Positions 19,804-30,849 of a DNA stretch of 64,000 nt are shown one piece after another; positions within the stretch are counted from its first letter, which is position 1, and each line of letters begins with the position of its first letter. Made by a program: the position numbers and the translations under genes. Below the pieces are notes generated by a model. It did no database searches and was not told the origin of the DNA. It saw only the letters and a program-made list of their open reading frames with translations. The stretch comes from Desulfobacterales bacterium (GTDB taxonomy: Bacteria; Desulfobacterota; Desulfobacteria; Desulfobacterales; UBA5852): NCBI GenBank assembly GCA_963674755.2, contig CAXXVS010000001.1:448001-512000 (forward strand), given 5' to 3'.

Positions 19804-20810
19804 CAGGTCTGTTTCCTTCGTCGTACGCGTTCCACGATCCCCCAGACCCCCCGCGGCTCCTTGGCCGAGATCACCATGATGATGACCGCATAGAGGATGA
19901 GGTCGATGCCTGCCAGCCCGGCCATGCCGCCCAGCCATTCCTTGAGATAGCTCTTGAGCGGGATCAGGATCCCGGCCCCGATGATGGGCCCCCAGAGACT
20001 GCCGGCGCCCCCCAGCATGGCCATGAGGGCGATCAGGATGGAGATGTCCAGGCTCATGGTATCTTCCGGTTCGATGACCTTGATGTAGCAGGCATGGAAG
20101 GAGCCCACCACGCTGACATAGGCCGTGGCGATGGCGTAGGTCTTGATTTTGGACCAGTGGACGTTGATGCCCAGGGAGCGGGCCATGTCTTCGTTGTCCT
20201 TGATGGCCCGCAGCTGGTAGCCCAGACGCGACTTGCGGAACCAGTTCAGGTACAGAATGCCCACCAGGAAAAACATGAAAATGACGTAGTAATAATAGAT
20301 GTCTTCCCTGAAGATCAGGCGCAGGAAATCCGGCGGCCGGTATTTGATGGGAGAGATTTCCAGGCCCCGCGCCGCCCCCAGAAAATCCCAGACTTCGAAG
20401 ATGTCTTTCAGCACCAGGGAGGTGGCAATCGTAGCGATGGCGAAGTAATGGCCTTTCAGGCGGAAGAGGGGATAGCCGATGATAAACGACCAGGTTACCG
20501 CCAGCAGCACCCCGACGGGCATCGAAAACCAGAAGGGGATATCCCAGCGGATCAGCAAGACGGCCGTGGTATAGGCGCCGATGCCGACATACTGGGCCTT
20601 GCCGAGATCCACCTGGCCGCCATAGCCGCCGATGGTGTTCCAGCCCATGCCATAGAGCGAGAAGATAAAAAATTGGATCATGGTCGCCAGGGCGAAGGCG
20701 GAAACGGGCAGCAGGGGAAAGATCAGCATGACCAGCGCCAGAAGGCCGGCGATAACCAGATCCAGGCGCCGCTGATCCGAAAAATCGAAGGCGTGTCTCA
20801 GTGCTTCCAT
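19803..20810 (-). CDS. livM: Liv-type ABC permease
   Basis: WNTIGGYGGQVDLG, RLKGHYFAIAT, GYQLRAIKDNE, LGGAGSLWGPIIGA. Confidence 0.88.
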   Translation of the reverse strand: MEALRHAFDFSDQRRLDLVIAGLLALVMLIFPLLPVSAFALATMIQFFIFSLYGMGWNTIGGYGGQVDLGKAQYVGIGAYTTAVLLIRWDIPFWFSMPVGVLLAVTWSFIIGYPLFRLKGHYFAIATIATSLVLKDIFEVWDFLGAARGLEISPIKYRPPDFLRLIFREDIYYYYVIFMFFLVGILYLNWFRKSRLGYQLRAIKDNEDMARSLGINVHWSKIKTYAIATAYVSVVGSFHACYIKVIEPEDTMSLDISILIALMAMLGGAGSLWGPIIGAGILIPLKSYLKEWLGGMAGLAGIDLILYAVIIMVISAKEPRGVWGIVERVRRRKQT

Positions 20811-21714
20811 CCGAAGAGTCCCCTGGGCCGCAGCACCATGATGAAGAAGTAGGCTACATAGATCCACATGTACTTGAACGAGGTCATGGGAACGTCGACC
20901 ATCCAATCGACATCGAAGGTATAGGTCATGAAATCCCAGAAGCCGGGCAGTTCGGTGATCAGCCCCACCACCAGAGAGGCGAAGAACGCGCCGGTTACGC
21001 TGCCGAAACCGCCCATGGCGACGATGGTAAAGGCGATCATAGTAAACAGCAGGCCCACATAAGGATTGACCGGCCAGAAGTTGACGATCAGGGCTCCGGC
21101 CGTGGTTGCCGAGGCGCCCCCGATGCCCCCCAGGCCAGGCCATTCATCTTCTCGGTGGAGATGCCCATGTAGCGGGCGCCCTGGGGATTGAGCGCGGTGG
21201 CGGTGAGGGCCTTGCCTATGCGGGTTTTGGTCATGAGCAGCCAGACGCCCACAAAGGCCACCACCGACAGGCCGGCCGCGGCCAACTTGGTGGCCGGCAC
21301 GATGATGCCCAGCCCCAGGTCGAAGCTTTTGTCCACCAGGAGCCCTTTGTGCAGGGCCCGGTCTTCGGAGCCGAAGACCAGCAGCGCGACGTTGCGCAGC
21401 AGCAGCATCAGACCGAAAGTTCCCAGAAGCTGGGCGATCATCGGCCCCCGCAGGATATAGGTCACAAAGCCCCGGTAGCAGACGATCCCCAGCACAAAGC
21501 CCACCGCAGCGGCCAGGGGCAGCGTGAACAACGGATCGATGCCCAGCGCCTGGGAGGTCAGCAGGGTCGTGTACATCCCGAACATCAAAAATTCGCCGTG
21601 GGCGAAATTGATGATATCCATCACCCCGAAGATCATGGTGAGCCCCAGCGCCACCAGGGCCAGCACCATGCCAAAGAGCAGCCCGGCAACAATCGAACTG
21701 GCCAGAATTTCCAC
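20798..21714 (-). pseudogene. livH: Liv-type ABC permease, frameshifted at a G6 run (21126-21131)
   Basis: N-half ALGLTMIFGVMDIINFAHGEF...KMNGLAW in one frame, C-half GIGGASATTAGAL...MVLRPRGLFG in another. Confidence 0.8.
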
Positions 21715-21828
21715 AAATGCCCCCTGGACGAAGTCGTTTATGAAAAGCGTCGTTCCCCAACAGGAGAGAACGCCAGGAAACGGCGATCGCCTCAAGGAGG
21801 CGGCCGCCGCTTGGTTATGCATGGTGAT

Positions 21829-21955
21829 CCGGAAGGGGTAGATTTTGGTTCAGGCCAAGGCCGCAACGATTTTGAGACCGCAGGCGTAGCGGAGCTACGT
21901 CGAGGATCTCAAATGAGCGAGAACGCCGGCCTGGGCCGAAAGATCCCCCTTCCGG
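21829..21955. repeat. palindromic MITE/REP-like element, compact copy
   Basis: CCGGAAGGGG..AGGCC / GGCCTGG..CCCCTTCCGG outer stem with central CGTAGC-GGA-GCTACG hairpin. Confidence 0.75.
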
Positions 21956-21964
21956 CCGGCATGA

Positions 21965-23278
21965 CTACCATTTAGGGAACGGATAGATCATATCCGCCGA
22001 CGCCACGTCGAACGGATAGACGATCTCCAGGCCGATCTGGCCGTCGGCGCCCTTCTGATACTGCCCGATCAGGCCGGAACCCAGGATGTTTTGTCCGATT
22101 TCGTTGCCCGTGCTGGCGAATTTGACGCCGGCCCAGGGCACCACGAGCTGCGCGCCGGGGATTTCGATAGTGTTGGCCGCCTTCTGAATTGCAGCGGGTT
22201 GGGTGGATCCGGCCATCTCCAACACGTACACCCAGGTTTGCAGACCGGTAAAGGCCCGGGCCGAGGCGCCGCCCAGATCGTTGCCGGTTTTCTCCTTGTA
22301 GAGTTTGTTGACCTGGCCGGCCAGGGGTTTGATCTGAACCACCTGGGGCAGGAAAACCGAACGGGTCAGGATGCCCGCGATGGAATCGCCCAGGGCGCTG
22401 CGGAATTCCGGCTTGTCGAAGCCGGCATCCTGGCCCCAGATGATTTTGGGCTGCACCTGCTGGGTCTTGAGGGTCTTCACCATCAAAATGGCATCCGAGG
22501 TATAGGAGGCAAACAGCAGCACATTGGCTTTGGAAGCCTTGAGGGAGCGGACTTCACTGGAGAGATCCGGGGATTTGTCCGAGTACAGCAGGGTTTTGCG
22601 CAGCTTGAAGCCGTATTCCGGAGCCAGCTCCTCGATCACTTTGGTGACGAAAGAGCCCCACTCGCTGTTTTCGCAGGCCGAGGAGATGGTCCCGATTTCT
22701 TCCAGCGGTACGGCCGGCACACCCCGCACCTGGCCCTTGTTCAGGCCCACCAGCAGTTCGAAGAGATCCTTGGTGAACCAGCGGTCGTGGGGGGTGGTGC
22801 GCCAGAACCACTTGAAGCCCCGCTCGGTCAGCGCCGGCGAGGTCGAAGATCCGTTGATCATGGGCACGCCGTACTGCTCGCAGACCGCGCTGACGGTCTT
22901 GGTGACCGAACTGTGGTAGCAGCCCAGGATGCCGTCCACCTTGTCATCCAGAATGAGCTTTTTGGCCAGGTCGGCGCCCAGGGTGGGGTTGCCTTCGTGG
23001 TCTTTGAAGATCAGGGTGATCTTGGCGCCGCCCATGCTCTGGATGCCGGCGTTTTGGGCCATGGTCATGTCGATATCGGGAAAGGTTTCGTTGCAGAGCT
23101 GGGCGGCCAGTTCGGCCCCGGCCCGCAGCTCGCGTCCGGCTGCGGCGGCGCTGCCGGTGAGCGGATAGATGACGCCGATCTTGATGTCCTTGGCCGCCAA
23201 TGTTGCGCTTGGCACCATCAATCCGCAAAAGATGGCCACGGTTGCCAGGATAGCTGTCAATGGGAGCTATCGTTTCAT
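21965..23278 (-). CDS. Liv-type (Peripla_BP_6) substrate-binding protein with in-frame TAG at codon 4
   Basis: AGGAGG-N6-ATG AAA CGA TAG CTC CCA TTG...; IKIGVIYPLTG, GCYHSSVT, LTERGFKWFWRTTPHD. Confidence 0.85.
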
Positions 23279-23407
23279 GATGGTCCTCCTTGTGTCGCGC
23301 TGGGGTTGCCGGTGGGGGCGGGGATCGGCCCCATCGGTTGAAACAGAACGAGGGCGCGAACGATCCGGCGCCCTCGTCTCGATTAAACCGGTGTGCAAGC
23401 TGAAAAG

Positions 23408-23460
23408 AAATGAATGCGGTTCATTTGCGGATCTTTACTGGATGTGGGTTCGGCTGTCAA
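23408..23460 (-). promoter_or_regulatory. sigma70-like promoter (TTGACA-N17-TAAAGA) with downstream palindrome AAATGAA-N5-TTCATTT
   Basis: -35 at 23455-23460; palindrome at 23408-23426. Confidence 0.55.
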
Positions 23461-23567
23461 GGTGTGAACACGGTGTGAAAACGGCCGCCTAAGACCGTAT
23501 CTCGATACCGATTTCGATTTTGGAGAACAACATTCGGGCACGGCCAATGCCCCGGGCGGTCGCCTGC

Positions 23568-24356
23568 TTACAGGATGGCCAGATGTTCGTCTTTCAGATC
23601 CGAAACGAACATGTGCCCCGGGGCGTGGGTGATGGTCAGGTCCAGGCGGGCCGAGATGGCGGCCAGAGTCGAGGTGACGCCGCAGGCCCAGAACACCGGG
23701 ACTTCGCCGGTCCGGACGGTCACCGGATCGCCGAAATCGGGACGGTTCAGATCCTGGATGCCCAGCTCACCGGGATCGCCGATGTGGATGGGCGCGCCGT
23801 GGGTCAGATGAAAGCGGGTGGTCACCTGCACCGCGCGGATGGCCTGGGCCGGCGTCATGGGGCGCATGGTGACCACCAGGGGGGCGCTGAAAGGGCCCGC
23901 CGGCCGGCATTGGCGGTTGGTGATATACATAGAGACGTTTTTGTCTTCCTCGATGTTGCGGATGGGCAGACCGGCGGCCAGCATGGCGTTTTCAAAGGAG
24001 AAGCTGCAGCCCAGCAGAAAACTGACCGTGTCCGGCCGGAAGCGGTCGGCCACATTGGTCACTTCTTCGGTCATCTCTCCTTTTGCAAAGATCCGGTAGC
24101 GCGGCAGGTCGACCCGCAGATCGGCCCCCTCGGCAATGGCCGGTGCGCTTTCGCCCGCTTCCAGCACGTCCAGCACCGGGCAGGGCTTGGGGTTGCGCGT
24201 GCAAAAGAGCAGAAAATGAAAGGCGTGGGAGGCCGGCAGCATTACCAGATTGGCCTGCAAAAAGCCGGTGGCGGCCCCGGACGTGGGGGTGGTCCATTCG
24301 CCGCTGCGGATGCGGCGGCGCAGGTCGGTGGCGGTCATGGTGGCGGATGCTTGCAT
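23568..24356 (-). CDS. DUF1445 putative hydro-lyase (YcsI / D-glutamate cyclase family)
   Basis: QANLVMLP, FCTRNPKPCP, FLLGCSFSFE, HGAPIHIGDP, PVFWACGVT, ITHAPGHM. Confidence 0.9.
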   Translation of the reverse strand: MQASATMTATDLRRRIRSGEWTTPTSGAATGFLQANLVMLPASHAFHFLLFCTRNPKPCPVLDVLEAGESAPAIAEGADLRVDLPRYRIFAKGEMTEEVTNVADRFRPDTVSFLLGCSFSFENAMLAAGLPIRNIEEDKNVSMYITNRQCRPAGPFSAPLVVTMRPMTPAQAIRAVQVTTRFHLTHGAPIHIGDPGELGIQDLNRPDFGDPVTVRTGEVPVFWACGVTSTLAAISARLDLTITHAPGHMFVSDLKDEHLAIL

Positions 24357-24394
24357 GATAATTTCCTCTATGTCCCCAGTTCTGGAGTTGAATT

Positions 24395-25453
24395 TTATGA
24401 TTTATTTTCTTCCGTCCGGAAGAAAATAAATGCGTGAATCAGGTCTTTGAGCAGCGCTGCGGCAGCCCCGGTGGGGGAACTGTGCCCGCCGGTGACGGTG
24501 ATGCGCCCCATGATGTCGGTGTCGAAGCTGATGCCCTTTTCCGAAAAGTGGACCCCGGCCAGGGGGTGGTCGGCCGCTAAAGCTTCCGGCGCCACCCGTA
24601 CTTCCAGGCGGTCGTCCTGCCAGCGGGCCGAACCGATCAGCTTGATCACCCGGCCGTTCGCGTGGGCCTCTTCCATGGCCTCCCGGCTGACTCCAGTGAT
24701 CCCGGTGGTTCGGACGTCGCTGATGCCAAGGCCCTGGTCGAAGAGCTGGTTGGCGATCAGGATGATTTTGTTGCGGGTGTCCAGGCCCTCCACGTCCAGG
24801 GTGGGATCGGTCTCGGCGATCCCGAGTTCCTGGGCGGCCTTGAGGGCCGTATCATAGGCGATGCCCTCCTGGCTCATGCGGGTCAGGATGTAGTTGGTGG
24901 TGCCGTTCAAGATGCCTTCCACGGCCCGGACCCGGGCCCCGGCGGTGCAGAGCTTGCCCACATCCAGGGTGGGCAGGGCGGCCGCGGTGGCGGCGCTCAT
25001 GAAAATACGCCCGCCGTTGGCGCGGGCGCGCTCCTGGAGATCCCGGTAGAACAGGACCAGGGGGCCCTTGTTGGCCGTGATGACCGTCATTCCGCGCGCC
25101 AGGGCCGCGTTCATATGGGAGCGGGCCGGCTCGCCGTCCACCAGGTTGGTGGGGGTGGCCTCCACCAGCACATCGGCCGCCGTTGTTTCCAGGATGTCCA
25201 CTCCGGTTTTACCTGGCCACCCGAAGGATGTCATGGTTTCGATGGGCCGGCCGGCGTCGATAAGCGCCTGCAATTGGTCCAGGGGGAGACCTTCGCGGCC
25301 GCCCAGGGCAGCCCCACCGATGTCCACCACAGCCGGGATGCGGGGATCGATGCCGTAGCGTTCCTGCAGATCCTGTTGCTTTTCCGCCACCAGCCGGACG
25401 AAGGCCCGCCCGACATTGCCGAAACCGCAGACCACGATGCGGATAGGGGTCAT
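24395..25453 (-). CDS. homoserine dehydrogenase-family protein (no ACT domain)
   Basis: GFGNVG, VITANKGP, GILNGTTNYIL, AQELGIAETDPTLDVEG. Confidence 0.85.
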   Translation of the reverse strand: MTPIRIVVCGFGNVGRAFVRLVAEKQQDLQERYGIDPRIPAVVDIGGAALGGREGLPLDQLQALIDAGRPIETMTSFGWPGKTGVDILETTAADVLVEATPTNLVDGEPARSHMNAALARGMTVITANKGPLVLFYRDLQERARANGGRIFMSAATAAALPTLDVGKLCTAGARVRAVEGILNGTTNYILTRMSQEGIAYDTALKAAQELGIAETDPTLDVEGLDTRNKIILIANQLFDQGLGISDVRTTGITGVSREAMEEAHANGRVIKLIGSARWQDDRLEVRVAPEALAADHPLAGVHFSEKGISFDTDIMGRITVTGGHSSPTGAAAALLKDLIHAFIFFRTEENKS

Positions 25454-27060
25454 TTGTAGTGCCTCGCTATGAGTTGATGGTAGTCGCGTCCGTCCACCTC
25501 GGCTTCCACCACCACCGGGCCGGGGGTTTCGAAGGCCTGCCGGAGGGCCTGGCGCAATGTTTCCGGGGTGTGTGCCTTGAAGATCGGCACTCCGAAGATG
25601 TGATCGGCGCCCAGGAAGGCGCCCTGGTTGATCCGGGAGCTGTCGGCCGGGCAGTTCTGCCAGCCCTGCTTGACTTCGATCAGGCTCAACATCCGGTCGG
25701 CCAAAACGACGATGACGGTATCGAGTCCCAGACGGCGGGCCGTGATGAGTTCGCCCGCCATCATGGTAAAACCCCCGTCGCCGGTGACGCACACCACCGG
25801 GGTTCCCGGCTGGCAGAGGGAGGCCGCCAGGGCCGCCGGGATGCCGAATCCCATGGAGGACCAGCCGTTGGTCATCAGGAAACGGCCCGGGGCCGGGGTG
25901 GGCCAGAGCTGGCCGATCAGGTGGGTGTGGGCGCCCACGTCACAGGTCAGGATGCCTTCGGGGGGCAGGACCTCCCGGAGGATGTCCAGAGCTTCCACCG
26001 GGCCCAGGGCGCTTGTGCCGGGATGCAGCGCACGGTGCAGGTCTTCCCGGTGCCGTGCCAGGACCTCGAAATCCCAAGCGGTGTTCAGCGGCGCCATAGT
26101 CGCCAGGGATGCCAGCGTTTCTTCAAGGTTGCCGACGCAGACGGCGGCCAATTCATGGGGCGGGGAGAGTTCGGCAGGGGCGGTATCGATATGCACCAGC
26201 GGCACGGGGGGCAGCCATGCTTCGTAGTCGAACTCCACCGGGTCGTAGCCCAGGCCGATCACCAGGTCGGCCTGGCGGGTGATATCGGCCAGCCGGTCAC
26301 TGCAGGCATGGAATAGAACACCGGCGTAAGACGGATGGGTTTCGGGCAGCAGCCCTTTGGCCATGGGGGTCAACACCACCGGCGCCGGGACGACTTCCAG
26401 CAGGCGCGCCAGGAGACGGTCCAGGCGCAGGCGTGCGGCGGTCAAGCCGACGGCCAGCAGGGGGCGGCGGGCCCTGCGGATTAGGCCAAGGGCGGTTCGG
26501 AGATCACCTTCCGCGACCGGTGGCGCCGGTTGCACGGTGGCGGAAGGCGGTGCGCCCGCTTGGGTCTCCCGGGCGTTCAGGTCCACCGGCAGGCCGATAT
26601 GAACCGGGCCGGGGACTTCGCTGACGGCCGTGGCCAGGGCCCGGTCGATGGTGGACACCAGGGAATCGGCCCGGGCGCGGGTGGTCCACTTGGTGATGGG
26701 CCGGAACAGGACCTGGTGATCCACGTTCATCTGGGTCACGCGGTGGCGCATGGTATCGCTTTGCTCGGTGGTGGCGGCGATCAGCCCCGAACGGTCGAGC
26801 AGGGCGCCGCCCACCCCGGTGGCCAGGTTGGTGGCGCCGGGACCGAAGGTGCCGTGGCACAGCGCCGGCTGTCCGGTCAGGCGAAAGCAGACATCGGCCA
26901 TGAAGCCGGCCGTGGCTTCGTTGGCCACCAGGATAAAGGGCATCCCCCGGCGCCGCATGGCTTCCATATAGGGAATCCAGGGGCCTCCCGGAATGCCGAA
27001 GGCATACCGCACCCCGTGCGCCATCAAACGCTCCACAAACACTTCCGCAACCTGCGCCAT
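25450..27060 (-). CDS. thiamine-diphosphate enzyme (acetolactate synthase-like superfamily)
   Basis: FGIPGG, EATAGFMAD, GPGATN, GPVHIGLP, SSMGFGIPAA, TGDGGF. Confidence 0.88.
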   Translation of the reverse strand: MAQVAEVFVERLMAHGVRYAFGIPGGPWIPYMEAMRRRGMPFILVANEATAGFMADVCFRLTGQPALCHGTFGPGATNLATGVGGALLDRSGLIAATTEQSDTMRHRVTQMNVDHQVLFRPITKWTTRARADSLVSTIDRALATAVSEVPGPVHIGLPVDLNARETQAGAPPSATVQPAPPVAEGDLRTALGLIRRARRPLLAVGLTAARLRLDRLLARLLEVVPAPVVLTPMAKGLLPETHPSYAGVLFHACSDRLADITRQADLVIGLGYDPVEFDYEAWLPPVPLVHIDTAPAELSPPHELAAVCVGNLEETLASLATMAPLNTAWDFEVLARHREDLHRALHPGTSALGPVEALDILREVLPPEGILTCDVGAHTHLIGQLWPTPAPGRFLMTNGWSSMGFGIPAALAASLCQPGTPVVCVTGDGGFTMMAGELITARRLGLDTVIVVLADRMLSLIEVKQGWQNCPADSSRINQGAFLGADHIFGVPIFKAHTPETLRQALRQAFETPGPVVVEAEVDGRDYHQLIARHYK

Positions 27061-27375
27061 GGATTCATGCCTTTCGGTCGATAAGGAATCAGCGCGGCCT
27101 CTTGCGGCCGGCCGATTGCCTGTATCACAATCCCCCGGAGGCCCGCAACTCGCCGTCGGTCCGTATCGAAGTAAGCATATCCTTAACATGTTGTCTTCGT
27201 TGACAATGGTACTTTACGCCACAAGTTTGAATAGTGCTTGATGGCGTTCGGCCATCATGTTACCTATCCGCTATTATGCTCATAACGGGCCGCGTCCGGC
27301 AGACCATGGACTGCGGACAGGGGGCGATCCAAACGGTTTTCGAAGCGATGTTCGGGAGAGGGCATCGAACCATAA

Positions 27376-28737
<1,362 letters not shown>

Positions 28738-28770
28738 CTTCGGATCAGCTTCTGCGTTTCATTTGCCGGG

Positions 28771-28808
28771 AAAACCGGTCGCGGCCTGCGGGCCCGGCCG
28801 GTTTTTTT
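28771..28808 (+). terminator. intrinsic terminator after gdhA
   Basis: AAAACCGG...CCGGTTTTTTT stem-loop with U tract. Confidence 0.65.
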
Positions 28809-28943
28809 ATGGCATCAGGGCGTATTCCAAAGACATTGAGGCGTCCGGCGGGTTTCCCGCCGATCTTGACAGGATGCTGCCAGGCCTTACGCTGTAACAA
28901 TCAGAATGACCATCGGAAACCGCAAATTCCGAAAGCACCTGCC

Positions 28944-30674
28944 ATGACCAGTGACCCCCATCACAATGAAAGCGCAAGCCGCGAAACATTGCCGCATCTG
29001 CGGAAGGAAATCCGCCGCCTGAAACAGGACCTGGATATTCTGTCGCAGCAGCATCGCACCTTGCAGCAGGCCTACGACCAGCGCATTCATGGGATGGGGG
29101 AAAACGGCAGCTCCGACCCGCAGAAGGCCCAGGCCCTCCAACTGGCCGAACTCATTATCGCGAACAGCCCGGCGATTTTATTCCGCCGTCTGGCCGCCGA
29201 TGACCCGAAACAGCGCAAGATGGTCTACGTTTCCCCCAACATTGCCCGTTTCGGCTACCGGGCGGAAGACTTCCTAAGTAGCCGGATCATGTTCCGCGAC
29301 ATTGTCTACGCGGAAGATTCCGAGCGCACCGTTAAGGAAATCGAGTCCTATGTCCGTCGCCATATCGAAGCCTATACCCAGGTCTATCGCATCGTCACCA
29401 AGGACGGCGACATCCGTTGGGTCGAGGACCGCACTTCGGTCGTGGACGACCCCCTCACGAGCCGACGCTATCATCAGGGCATCGTCATCGATATCCACCG
29501 GCGCAAAGAGGCGGAAGAAAAGCTGCGCAAGAGCGAGGAGAAGTATCGGCGGATCGTGGAAACCGCGGGGGAAGGCTTTCTGCTGCTAGACCAGGATCTG
29601 AAGATCGTGGATCTCAATTCGGCCTATGCCCGCATGGTGGGATGCCGGCGTGCCGCACTGATCGGTCAGAGCCCCTTTCAGAAGGATACCGACGTCTATG
29701 CGCAGTTCTGGCCCGGTCCGGAAGAATCCTCTCCCCAGCAGGATCTGCGCGAATTCGAAGGGGTCATCAAAACCTGCGACGGCCGCGCCAAACCGGTGCT
29801 GTTCCATGCCAACACGGTGCGCTCGGATGCGGGCCGGCTCATCGGGAAGATGGCCTTTGTGACGGATCTGACCGAACACAAAAAGGCTCTGGCCTTGGCC
29901 GCCGAGGTTCAGCGCAGCCTGCTGCCGGACCGCGCACCGCGCATTCCGGGCCTGGAAATTGCCGGACGCAACCAGCCCTGCGAGGAAATCGGGGGCGACT
30001 ACTTCGATTATTTATGGCAACCCGGCGCCGAGGACGGTCCCTTTTCGCTCGTGGTAGGCGACATCACCGGCCATGGCGTCGATTCGGCCCTGCTCATGTC
30101 CGGCGCCCGGGCCTTTTTGCGCATGCGCGCCTCCCAACCGGGCACCCTGGCCGACATTGTAGCCGCCATGAATCAGCACCTGACCGGGGACGTCTACGAA
30201 AGCGGCCGCTTCATGACCCTGTTCTACCTCACGATTGACGGTCAACGACGCAGCATCGAATGGATCCGGGCCGGCCATGATCCGGCCCTGGTTTTCGATC
30301 CGGAGCGGGACCGCTTCCAGGAACTCAAAGGGCCCGGCCTGGCCCTGGGTGTGGATCAGCACTACGTCTACCAGGTCCAGTCCGAGGTTGCCCTGCAACC
30401 CGGCCAGATCCTTCTGCTGGGTACGGACGGCATCTGGGAGGCGTGTAATGCCCAGGGGGAGATGTTCGGCAAGAAGCGTTTTGAATCGATGGTGCGGCAA
30501 AACGCCGGGGCCGGTGCCGCTGACCTGTTGGATGCGGTCTTCCAGGCCCTGGACGCGTTCTCCCACGGTGTGAAGCAGGCCGACGACATCACGCTCGTGG
30601 TCGTCAAGGTGCTGCCCAAAAAAACGGCCACCCGTTCTCCCGGCATCACCGCCGGCCGTCAACTCCCCATTTAG
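28944..30674 (+). CDS. PAS-PAS-SpoIIE (PP2C, RsbU-like) phosphatase
   Basis: Two PAS-like segments (YVSPN..FGY; DLNSAYARMVG), VQRSLLP, GGDYFD, GDITGHG, TDGIWE, DDITLVVVK. Confidence 0.9.
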   Translation: MTSDPHHNESASRETLPHLRKEIRRLKQDLDILSQQHRTLQQAYDQRIHGMGENGSSDPQKAQALQLAELIIANSPAILFRRLAADDPKQRKMVYVSPNIARFGYRAEDFLSSRIMFRDIVYAEDSERTVKEIESYVRRHIEAYTQVYRIVTKDGDIRWVEDRTSVVDDPLTSRRYHQGIVIDIHRRKEAEEKLRKSEEKYRRIVETAGEGFLLLDQDLKIVDLNSAYARMVGCRRAALIGQSPFQKDTDVYAQFWPGPEESSPQQDLREFEGVIKTCDGRAKPVLFHANTVRSDAGRLIGKMAFVTDLTEHKKALALAAEVQRSLLPDRAPRIPGLEIAGRNQPCEEIGGDYFDYLWQPGAEDGPFSLVVGDITGHGVDSALLMSGARAFLRMRASQPGTLADIVAAMNQHLTGDVYESGRFMTLFYLTIDGQRRSIEWIRAGHDPALVFDPERDRFQELKGPGLALGVDQHYVYQVQSEVALQPGQILLLGTDGIWEACNAQGEMFGKKRFESMVRQNAGAGAADLLDAVFQALDAFSHGVKQADDITLVVVKVLPKKTATRSPGITAGRQLPI

Positions 30675-30849
30675 ATTGGCTCGGGCAGCCTCTTGCCCGA
30701 AGACAATTCCCCCGTTTGGCAAAACCGAAACCTTCCCACAAATCCTCTTCGGCCTGCGAAGAATGGAATCCCCTCGTTTATCGCGCTTTTTTTGAACCTT
30801 TCGGCCGGATCCCGCCACCAATCAGCAAACACTTCAAAGGAGGGTTTCA

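Noticed and set aside
23267..23269. TAG as pyrrolysine codon
   Set aside because: Falls in a cleavable signal peptide, no pyl genes in the window, and a one-base change from TGG explains it
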